NCBI GenBank assembly: GCA_964442185.1
Contig: CAYTWT010000009.1
Location: 186-64,185 of the forward strand
Reading direction: 5' to 3'
Origin: an uncultured Acidobacteriota bacterium
GTDB lineage: Bacteria; Acidobacteriota; Vicinamibacteria; Fen-336
DNA: 64,000 nucleotides
The notes beneath the pieces are model-generated. The model searched no databases and was not told where the DNA came from. It saw only the letters and a program-made list of their open reading frames with translations. The position numbers were made by a program, and so were the translations under genes. This document shows, in pieces, positions 1-7,500 of this stretch (positions within the stretch are counted from its first letter, which is position 1; each line of letters opens with the position of its first letter).

Positions 1-145
1 TGCGGCGCGGCCTCGCTCCGCGCCGCGAGGGGTCCCGCCGCGGGTTTCCGGTGTTCCGGATCTCCCCTGAAGCTCCGCCACTGACCTCGGAGAGCGTGGA
101 GCGGGCTCTGGACGACGAGCCCTGACGTTCCTTCTCGACGTCAAC

Positions 146-568
146 GTGCTCGTAGCGCTGGCTTGGCCAAACCACGTGCATCACGAGGCGGCTCATCGGT
201 GGTTTGCCGCCCATCAGCGGGCAAAGCGAAGATGGGCAACCTGCCCCATCACTGAGAGCGGGTTCGTGCGAGTGTCCTCCAACTCCAGGATCGTCCCGGA
301 GGCCCGCTCTCCCGTCGAAGCCATTCAGTTGCTGGAACAGATCGTCGCTCTGCCCGGGCACCAGTTCTGGTCCGACGACGTGTCGATCGTCTCCTCAACA
401 CACGTCGCGCGACGAAAGCTGATGGGGCATGGACAGGTGACCGACGCACACCTCCTCGCTCTGGCCATCGCCCGCGCGGGAGTTCTTGCCACCTTCGACG
501 GTGGCATCGCCGAGATCGTCCCGGATTCTGCGAACGCCGCCACGACGGTTCATGTGATCTCTGTTTGA
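146..568 (+). CDS. PIN-domain ribonuclease toxin (VapC-like); start uncertain, frame stays open upstream to window edge
   Basis: ORF-track translation; upstream in-frame peptide ...LTFLLDVNVLVALAW gives the canonical PIN N-terminal motif with conserved Asp. No ATG; GTG candidates at ~96 and ~147. The displayed bases at 146-170 and the ORF track disagree by one nucleotide, so coordinates are taken from the track. Confidence 0.6.
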   Translation: MLVALAWPNHVHHEAAHRWFAAHQRAKRRWATCPITESGFVRVSSNSRIVPEARSPVEAIQLLEQIVALPGHQFWSDDVSIVSSTHVARRKLMGHGQVTDAHLLALAIARAGVLATFDGGIAEIVPDSANAATTVHVISV

Positions 569-644
569 TCTGAGGTCTCGGCTCGAGGTGCCCCCAACTC
601 GCCGCTGTCCGCCAGTCAGGGTGATGCGCCCTTTGCTCAGCGCG

Positions 645-740
645 GAGACCACAGCAATGGCATTCACGAGTTCACGGGTTCATCCTCTCAGCCCTCGGTG
701 GCTCCAGCGGGCCCGCCCGAACGCTGCGGTCGTGGTGGGG
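645..740 (+). repeat. copy A (degenerate) of a ~100-nt composite repeat: tRNA-3'-half-like segment plus GC-box region
   Basis: gagaccacagcaatggcattcacgagttcacgggttcatcc... versus copy C gagaccaagtgaatggcattcacgaggtcatgggttcgatcc.... About 85% identity over the first 45 nt; the downstream ctccagcgggcccgcc region is weakly similar to the GC-box. Confidence 0.4.
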
Positions 741-779
741 CCACGTCACTTGACCCCGGTGGTATGTCGGGGTCATACT

Positions 780-1022
780 ATGTTCATGAAGGTAGCAGTT
801 TCCATACCCGATCCGATCTTTCGTGAAGCAGAGCGGATCTCCCGCCGCATCCGGGTGCCTCGCAGCCAGTTCTACGCCCGTGCCCTCGAGGCCTACGTGC
901 GCGAGCGATCTGGCGAAGACGTCACGGCGCAGCTCAACGAGGTCTACGCGAGGAGCTCGGCGAAACTCGATCCCGCCGCTGAAGCGCTCTCACTCGAGAT
1001 CCTGAGGCGGGAGAAGTGGTAG
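780..1022 (+). CDS. type II antitoxin (MazE/PemI-like) paired with the downstream MazF
   Basis: ATG at 780 (MFMKVAVSIPDPIFREAERISRRIRVPRSQFYARALEAYV), in frame with track ORF 588..1022. The 5' part of the track ORF overlaps a non-coding repeat. The 3' end overlaps the next gene by 7 nt. Confidence 0.55.
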   Translation: MFMKVAVSIPDPIFREAERISRRIRVPRSQFYARALEAYVRERSGEDVTAQLNEVYARSSAKLDPAAEALSLEILRREKW

Positions 1023-1360
1023 CCCGGCGCGGCGAGATCTGGTGGACGGATTTCGGGCAGCCATTTGGATCGGAACCGGCCTACCGCCGGCCGGCGCTCC
1101 TCATTCAGGCCGACGCGTTCAATCGGAGCTCGATTGCGACGGTTCTCCTGATCCCGCTCACGAGAACCGTCGCCCTGGCCTCAGCGCCGGGCAACGTCTT
1201 GTGCCGTCCCCGCGATACCGGGCTACCGAAGCCGTCCGTGGTGAACGTCTCACAACTCACCGTCGCGGACCGGCGGAGGCTCATCGAGAAGGCGGGAGCT
1301 TTGCCGGGACGACTCCTGAAACAAGTGGAAGACGGCCTGCGACTCGTGCTCGAGCTCTGA
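1016..1360 (+). CDS. MazF/PemK-family endoribonuclease toxin
   Basis: GEIWWTDFGQPFGSEPAYRRPALLIQADAFNRSSIATVLLIPLT matches the PemK/MazF signature. GTG start overlaps the antitoxin stop. Confidence 0.75.
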   Translation: MVARRGEIWWTDFGQPFGSEPAYRRPALLIQADAFNRSSIATVLLIPLTRTVALASAPGNVLCRPRDTGLPKPSVVNVSQLTVADRRRLIEKAGALPGRLLKQVEDGLRLVLEL

Positions 1361-1393
1361 TTCTCCCGCCCGTCGGCGGAAGAGGCGTGGCTC

Positions 1394-1432
1394 AGCGGCG
1401 CGCCACCCAAGACGCAGGCGCGCCATGTCTAC
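1394..1432 (+). repeat. GC-box copy (GGCGCGCC-N12-GGCGCGCC) of the composite repeat
   Basis: agcGGCGCGCCacccaagacgcaGGCGCGCCatgtctac versus 2243-2281 agcGGCGCGCTaccctagacgcaGGCGCGCTgtgtctac (about 85% identity). Confidence 0.45.
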
Positions 1433-1568
1433 GCCCTGACCCCCTTCACCGCGCGGACAGCCTTCACCCGAGCTGGCGCCTCTCACCGGTCGCCCCGCGA
1501 CGCTTCGAGCCTTCCACGGCACGGAAATGGTGTCGGGCGTCACGGGCTCGAGTAGTATGATCGGGAGT

Positions 1569-1799
1569 ATGAGAGTCAAGACATCGGTCACGATCGACGA
1601 ACGGGTGCTGAGGGGCATCGACAAGACCACGACTCGGGCCCGAAGCCGGTCTCGGGTGATCGAGGACGCGGCCCGCGAGTTCCTCGCGCGTCGCGCGCGG
1701 GCGGCCAGGGAATCACGCGATCTGGAGATCCTCGACCGTTCAGCAGATGCCCTGAACCGGGAGATGGAAGATGTCCTCGCCTATCAGGCCGACGTTTGA
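1569..1799 (+). CDS. ribbon-helix-helix (CopG/Arc-like) antitoxin
   Basis: [19 protein letters not shown]... is RHH-like. ATG at 1569 is in frame with track ORF 1527..1799. TAGTAT -10-like hexamer at 1553-1558. 4-nt overlap with the downstream toxin. Confidence 0.6.
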   Translation: MRVKTSVTIDERVLRGIDKTTTRARSRSRVIEDAAREFLARRARAARESRDLEILDRSADALNREMEDVLAYQADV

Positions 1800-2122
1800 G
1801 GCGAGGCGACCTCTTCCGCGTGCGTCGGCCGGGCGCAGCCGATCCGAAGCGATCGCGCGTTTTCGCCGTCGTCAGCCGGCAGGCTCTCCTCGACTCGCGA
1901 TTCTCGACGGTCGTCTGCGCCCCGGTCTACACACGTCGCGATGGGCTGGCGACGCAGGTCGAGCTCGGCGGCGATGATGGCCTCAAGCACGAATCGAGCA
2001 TCCACTGCGACGCCCTCGTGAGCCTGCCGAAGTCCATGCTGACCGACTTCGTGGCCAGCCTCGTGCCGGGACGGATACGTGCCCTCGATCAGGCGCTGCG
2101 AGTGGCGTTGGCATTGGCCTGA
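1796..2122 (+). CDS. MazF/PemK-family toxin (CcdB/MazF fold)
   Basis: [11 protein letters not shown]...[26 protein letters not shown]; ATGA overlap with the preceding RHH gene. Confidence 0.65.
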   Translation: MRRGDLFRVRRPGAADPKRSRVFAVVSRQALLDSRFSTVVCAPVYTRRDGLATQVELGGDDGLKHESSIHCDALVSLPKSMLTDFVASLVPGRIRALDQALRVALALA

Positions 2123-2177
2123 CCCGCGTGCGGGGATCACGCGACCCTTGTCTGGGGAGGGCCGCTGGCTCGGCGAT

Positions 2178-2290
2178 GAGACCAAGTGAATGGCATTCAC
2201 GAGGTCATGGGTTCGATCCCCATCCAACTCCAGCATCAACCTAGCGGCGCGCTACCCTAGACGCAGGCGCGCTGTGTCTACACTGTGTCT
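2178..2290 (+). repeat. copy C (best preserved) of the composite repeat; contains a tRNA-3'-half-like segment (anticodon-arm-like GTGA-ATGGCAT-TCAC, T-arm ATGGG-TTCGATC-CCCAT, acceptor-like CCAACTC) followed by the GC-box
   Basis: GGTTCGATCC T-loop consensus with a perfectly paired 5-bp T-stem. No complementary 5' acceptor strand upstream, so not a complete tRNA gene. Confidence 0.45.
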
Positions 2291-2388
2291 GTTCCTGGCC
2301 TCACGGCCACGTGAGTCACTCCCGGCCCATCCGGGACGGCGAGCCGGTCCTTGTCGTGTCCGTACCATCGCTGTAGTATGTACGTACG

Positions 2389-2616
2389 ATGCGCAAACGC
2401 CTGACGAAGACCGGAAACAGCCTCGCGCTCGTGCTGGACCGACCCGTGCTCGAAGCCACAGGTATCGGCGCCGCGACCACCGTGGAGATCTCCACCAACG
2501 GCGACGTGATCGTGATCACACCCGTGCGCCCGAAGAAGCGGGCCGCGAAGCTGGGCTTGGCACTCGATGCGATCAACGCACGCTACGCGGGGGTCTTCAA
2601 GCGGCTCGCCGAGTAG
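2389..2616 (+). CDS. AbrB/SpoVT-type (MazE/VapB-like) antitoxin
   Basis: MRKRLTKTGNSLALVLDRPVLEATGIGAATTVEISTNGDVIVITPV is a swapped-hairpin AbrB domain. Sits immediately upstream of Doc. Confidence 0.65.
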   Translation: MRKRLTKTGNSLALVLDRPVLEATGIGAATTVEISTNGDVIVITPVRPKKRAAKLGLALDAINARYAGVFKRLAE

Positions 2617-2617
2617 G

Positions 2618-3025
2618 GTGAGGAAGCCGCTTTTCCTCACGCTCGACGAAGTCCTGCTCGTCCACACCGATCAGATCCGACGCTATGGCGGGAGTCACGG
2701 CGTACGAGACCTGGGCCTTCTCAGCTCCGCGCTGGCCATGCCCCAAGCCTCGTTCGGGGGAGTGTGTCTGCACACTTCATTTGCCGAGATGGCCGCCGCC
2801 TACCTCTTCCACATCGCGCAGAACCACCCGTTTTTCGATGGCAACAAGCGCGCGGCCCTGGCCACAGCACTGGCTTTCATCTGGCTCGACGACCAGCGCC
2901 TCGAGGCCGCTGAGGACGAGTTGACGGAGTTGGTGATGGGCGTGGCCACCGGCCAGCTCAGCAAGGCCGAGGCGGCGGTGTTTATCGGCGGCCGCCTCCG
3001 CCCCGTGCGCCGAGGGCGAGCGTGA
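2618..3025 (+). CDS. doc: Doc (death-on-curing) Fic-family toxin
   Basis: HPFFDGNKR Fic/Doc motif. GTG at 2618 lies 1 nt after the antitoxin stop, in frame with track ORF 2567..3025. Confidence 0.75.
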   Translation: MRKPLFLTLDEVLLVHTDQIRRYGGSHGVRDLGLLSSALAMPQASFGGVCLHTSFAEMAAAYLFHIAQNHPFFDGNKRAALATALAFIWLDDQRLEAAEDELTELVMGVATGQLSKAEAAVFIGGRLRPVRRGRA

Positions 3026-3246
3026 GACACGCGGCCACAGGGGCCAGGCATGGCGAGCATCACGATCCGAAGGCTCGACGAAAGGACCAAAGTGCGTAAC
3101 CTGGCCGACTTCGAGGGCTGCGGCGTCACAGTCGTAGACGCCTGGAAAGCCTGACAGTCCCGCCTTCGGCCATCGCGGCTGCGCAGGCGCGGCCGACGTA
3201 CCAGGCCGCGAGGGTCGCCGCCAACGCCGCCGCCGCATCCCTAAAG

Positions 3247-3263
3247 TGTGATAATCTGATTTT
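3247..3263 (+). promoter_or_regulatory. extended -10 promoter element (TGtGATAAT) abutting the phd/yefM start codon; implies a leaderless or near-leaderless transcript
   Basis: TG at 3247-3248 and GATAAT at 3250-3255; ATG at 3264, only 8 nt downstream of the hexamer. Confidence 0.35.
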
Positions 3264-3533
3264 ATGACGACGCATGTGTCGGCCACCGAGGCGGTCAGGA
3301 CTTTCTCAGACCTCCTGAACCGGATTCGCTATCGCGGTGAAGAGTTCGTCGTCGAACGGGCCGGCCAACCGGTGTGCCGCATGACGCCAGCCGCGCCGGC
3401 GAAGACTCTGAGCTTCCGGGATCTGGCCTCCCTGCTGCGGGAGCTCCCGAAGCCGGACGCCGGCTACGCCTCCGACGTGCGACGCGCTGCCCGGAGCCAG
3501 GGGCGGCCACCACGATCGCCGTGGGGACGCTGA
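3264..3533 (+). CDS. Phd/YefM-family antitoxin
   Basis: MTTHVSATEAVRTFSDLLNRIRYRGEEFVVERAGQPVCRM is Phd/YefM-like. Extended -10 TGtGATAAT at 3247-3255 directly abuts the ATG. Confidence 0.7.
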   Translation: MTTHVSATEAVRTFSDLLNRIRYRGEEFVVERAGQPVCRMTPAAPAKTLSFRDLASLLRELPKPDAGYASDVRRAARSQGRPPRSPWGR

Positions 3534-3922
3534 TCGATTCGTCGGTCCTTATCGCCGCTGAACGCCAGACGCTCGTTCTCGAAGGCGCCTTGGGGGCGCA
3601 CGCCGAGGACCCTGTCGGCATTGCCGCGATCACCGCTTCCGAACTCCTGCACGGCGTCCATCGGGCGGCAACTACCGCGCAACGGCAGGGCCGGGAAGCG
3701 TTTGTCGAGAGGCTCCTCGCCGTGCTTCCTGTCTTCCCTTTCGACCTCGGGACGGCGCGGATCCATGCATCACTGTGGGCGGGCCTCGCCTCGAAAGGGG
3801 CGATCGCCGGCTCCCATGATCTCCTGATCGGTGCCACGGCGATTGCCCTGGGCTATCGCGTGGCCACCCGCGACCGGCGCAGCTTCGGGAAGATCCCGGG
3901 CTTGGAAGTCGTCGTCCTCTGA
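3521..3922 (+). CDS. vapC: VapC PIN-domain toxin
   Basis: IAVGTLIDSSVLIAAERQ...SELLHGV...FPFDLGTARIHASLWAGLASKG...DLLIGATAIALGY is a PIN fold. GTG at 3521 is in frame with track ORF 3374..3922 and overlaps the Phd 3' end by 13 nt. Confidence 0.7.
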   Translation: MGTLIDSSVLIAAERQTLVLEGALGAHAEDPVGIAAITASELLHGVHRAATTAQRQGREAFVERLLAVLPVFPFDLGTARIHASLWAGLASKGAIAGSHDLLIGATAIALGYRVATRDRRSFGKIPGLEVVVL

Positions 3923-3996
3923 ACGAGCTCGGACCCCCGGCCAAGAGACCACGGCCACGCGCCTGTCCGTCTCGTCGGGAAGGCCCGCGGCCCGCG

Positions 3997-4488
3997 ATGG
4001 GTGGTATGTTGTGGAGTACGAGGGTCAAGACATCGGTCACGATCGACGAGACGGTGTTGAGCGCCGACGTCGATGTCACCCTCCGACTGACCCCCGACTC
4101 GCCGGAACGTTTCGTCGGCGAGATGCGGGTGGCCGGCTTCGAGCTTCGGGTGGACGATCCTGAATTCGTGCGCCGCACGCGTGTGCTGCCCTTCGTCCAT
4201 ATCGCCAGCGGCATGCCCCTCGACGTCGTGCTCGCCGGCTCAGGGCTCGAGGACGAGTTCCTGAGCCGGGCGCGGCTACTGGACATCGCGGGACTGCGCG
4301 TGCCGACGATCGATCCCGAAGACCTGGTCATCGCCAAGGTCCTGGCCGGCCGGCCAAGGGACCTCGGGGACGCACGCGGCCTGTGGCGGGCTCGAGGTCT
4401 GGAAATGGACGCAGCGAGGATCGCAGGGCGCCCAGCCACATGCCAGTCACGGCACGCTTGTTTCCGCGGCAACACCAAGGGAAACTGA
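3997..4488 (+). CDS. hypothetical protein, possibly a degenerate fusion: RHH-like N-terminus paralogous to the 1569 antitoxin plus a nucleotidyltransferase-associated C-terminal region
   Basis: Nucleotides 4011-4060 are ~88% identical to 1563-1612 ([14 protein letters not shown] vs [14 protein letters not shown]), but the paralogous ATG is ACG here. The C-terminus ([30 protein letters not shown]) resembles the conserved tail of small nucleotidyltransferase-family proteins. Confidence 0.35.
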   Translation: MGGMLWSTRVKTSVTIDETVLSADVDVTLRLTPDSPERFVGEMRVAGFELRVDDPEFVRRTRVLPFVHIASGMPLDVVLAGSGLEDEFLSRARLLDIAGLRVPTIDPEDLVIAKVLAGRPRDLGDARGLWRARGLEMDAARIAGRPATCQSRHACFRGNTKGN

Positions 4489-4555
4489 ACCTTCCGGCGA
4501 CACGGCGCCCGCCCGCCGAACACGTAGCCGGAGAGATCAGGGCGCAAGGAGGACG

Positions 4556-7500
4556 TTGAAAGCATTCTTTGGTCTGTTCGGGAGCCGCCCTCCGCCTGTG
4601 GCCGAGAAACCCCTGCGCGACGAGCTGCTGAGCATCGAACGGCTGGAAGAGAGGGCGAGAGCCCTCGCCGCGCGGTTCACCCTCGACCCGAACCCCCGCC
4701 GTGCCTCGCGGAACGTCTTGCCGCGCTTCGACGACAATGCCCGCGTTCTGCGCGAGGCCTACGTCACGATGGCCGACGACGTGCACCGGGGGGAGTTCGT
4801 CACGCCCGCAGCGGAATGGATCCTCGACAACTTCCATCTGGTGGCCGCCGAGGTCTTAGGCGTGCGCCGGAACCTCCCGCCCGGCTACTACCGCGAGCTG
4901 CCCAAGCTCGCTTTGCGGGAGCTCGCAGGCGACGCCCGCGTCTACGCGATGGCCGTGGAGCTGATCCGTCACAGCGACTCCCGCCTGGACCGGCAGCAGC
5001 TCGTGCGCTTCATGAACAGCTTCCAGGCCGTGGCGCCCCTTACGATTGGCGAGCTGTGGGCCTGGCCGAGCATGCTGAAGCTGGCCCTCATCGAAAACCT
5101 CAGGCGGCTCGCGGAAGAGACGCTCGAGGCCCGCGAGGCGGTCCGCGCTGCCGACGCCTACGTGGCAGAAATCGACGCGGCCGACCACGGGAGGCCGCCG
5201 CCGTTGCCCAGGCACCTCCACACCGGTTACGTCGTTCAGCTCCTCCAACGCTTGCGCGAGTACGGCCCCCGCCTTTCCCGCCTCCGCGCCGCGGTCGAGG
5301 CTCATCTCTCCGCCCAACAGATGACCTCCGAGGACGCGATCAGGAGCGAGCATCAGCGCCAGGCCGCGGCCCAGGTCTCGGTGGCGAATATCATCACGAG
5401 CCTGCGTCTCGTCGCCGCGCTCGACTGGAGCCAGTACTTCGAGGCGGTCAGCTTGATAGAGCGCGTGTTGCAGCGCGATCCGGCCGGGGCGTACGCGAGC
5501 ATGGATTTCCTGAGCCGCGACCGCTACCGCCAGGCCGTGGAGGAGCTCTCCGAGCCCACCGGAGAGGCGCAGTTGCGGGTGGCGCTGCGAGCGGTCGAGA
5601 GCGCGCGTCAAGGGGCGGAGAGCGGACACTCGGCGGATCGCGCCGCCCACGTCGGCCACCACCTCATCGGCAAGGGCCGCCCCGACCTCGAGACGGACGT
5701 CGCCTATCGTCCCCGCCTCGAGCGGCGGGCGCGACGCTTCCTCTTCGCCCACGCGACCGCTGTCTACCTCGGTTTGATCGGGCTCGTCACGGCCCTGATC
5801 CTGAGCCTCGGGGTCAGCTACCTCCACGGGCAGGGCGCATCAGTCTGGGTCTCGGCCGGCGCCGCGCTGCTGTTGTTGCTGCCGGGGAGCGAGGTGGCGA
5901 TCGCCTTCGTCCAGCGCCTGGTTGTCCGTTGGGCGCCACCGCGACGCCTCCCCCGCCTCGAGTTCCCCGCGGAAATCCCTGAGGACGCCCGGACCATGGT
6001 GGTCGTGCCCACGCTCTTGACGAGCGTGCCCGCGGTGACCGCGCTCGTCGAGCACATCGAGGTGCTGGCTCTCGGAAACCTCGACCGGCGCATCCACTTC
6101 GCGATCCTCAGCGACTTCGTCGACGCCCCCGCCTGCGAGATGCCGGAAGACGAGGCGATCCTCGAAGCTGCCCGGGCGGGCATCGAGGCCCTGAATGCTC
6201 GCTTCGGCGAGGGGCGCGCAGACCGCTTCTACCTGTTCCATCGTGTGCGGCAGTGGAACCCGAGCGAGAGCGTGTGGATGGGCTGGGAGCGCAAGCGCGG
6301 GAAGCTCGAGGAGTGGAACGCCGTCCTGCGTGGGGCCACCGACACGAGCTTCTCGCTGCAGGTCGGCGACGTGGGGATCCTCCCCAGTGTGCGCTACTGC
6401 CTGACCCTCGACTCCGACACCCGCCTGCCGCGGGACGCCGCGAAGAAGCTGCTCGGGATCATCGTTCACCCTCTGAATCGCCCCCGCTTCGACGCCCGCC
6501 TCGGCCGCGTCACCGAGGGCTACGGGATCCTGCAGCCCCGCGTCAGCGTGACCATGGCCAGCGCCGCCGGGTCGCTCTTCGCCCGCCTCTACGCCGGCCA
6601 CACCGGAGTCGACCCCTACACCACGGCCGTGTCGGACACGTACCAGGACTTGTTCCAGGAAGGGATCTTCACGGGCAAGGGGCTCTACGACGTTGACGCT
6701 TTCATGGCCGCCCTCGAGGGGCGCGTGCCCGAGAACGCTCTGCTCTCGCATGATCTCTTCGAAGGGGTCTACGCCCGCGCGGGGCTCGTCACGGACGTGG
6801 AGGTGGTGGACGACTATCCCTCGAGCGTGCTCGTCCATGCGCGGCGCCAGCATCGCTGGGTTCGAGGTGATTGGCAGATCCTCCGGTGGCTGTTCCCCTG
6901 GGTTCCAAGCCGTTCGGGGCTCACGCGCAACCGCCTGCCTCTGATCGCGCGGTGGAAGATCCTCGATAACCTGAGGCGCAGCCTGGTGGCCCCCGCGACC
7001 GTCGCCCTGCTGCTTCTGGCCTGGGCGCTCTTGCCGGGAAGCCCCGCGGTCTGGACGGCCGCCATCCTGGCCGCCCTGGCTTTTCCCCTTTATCCGCTGC
7101 TCCTGGAGACGAGCGCCGGCCCCAGGCCACAACAGCCGTGGCACGTGTTCCTGCGCGCCGCGTGGGAAGACTGGAAAACCGCCCTCGCCCAGGTATCGCT
7201 GCAGCTCACGTTCCTGGCCAGTCAGGCATACGAGAGGGCCCACGCGATCGCCCTGACCCTGGTCCGGCTCACGGCGACCCAGCGCCGCCTGCTGGATTGG
7301 GAGACGGCCGCAGCCAGCGCGGCCCGAGGCTCCGGCCTGGCGAAGCGAATCGGCGCGCGGCTATTCCTGGTGGAGATGATCGCCAGCCCGGTGATCGCAC
7401 TCGGCTCTCTCCTGCTGGTCGCGCTGGCGCGCCCGGGCGCCCTCCTGGTGGCCCTCCCGATCCTGGCCTTGTGGGCCGCCGCGCCACTCATTGCCTACGC

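Noticed and set aside
1-145. Possible C-terminal fragment of an upstream antitoxin partner for the first PIN toxin
   Set aside because: The frame ending at the TGA at 124-126 contains a stop about 14 codons upstream. The PIN frame itself is open to the window edge, so no separate upstream ORF can be supported from this window.
146-170. One-nucleotide disagreements between the displayed bases and the ORF-track coordinates (also near 60266)
   Set aside because: Most likely my own position counting or formatting rather than biology. ORF-track coordinates were used where available, and refined starts were checked for frame consistency against track ORFs.
2178-2235. Possible tRNA gene (Ala-GGC-like anticodon loop, perfect T-arm)
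   Set aside because: No sequence upstream can pair with the acceptor 3' strand and there is no D-arm. It is a 3'-half remnant, not a functional tRNA. Reported as a repeat instead.
1394-2284. Integron attC (59-be) sites between TA cassettes
   Set aside because: The GGCGCGCC boxes are two separate short palindromes rather than one long imperfect inverted repeat with R''/L''-L'/R' core sites. No GTTRRRY cores at cassette borders and no intI in the window.
3672-4565. 297-aa minus-strand ORF spanning the VapC and paralog region
   Set aside because: Antisense to two motif-supported plus-strand genes. Low-complexity Arg/Ser-rich translation.
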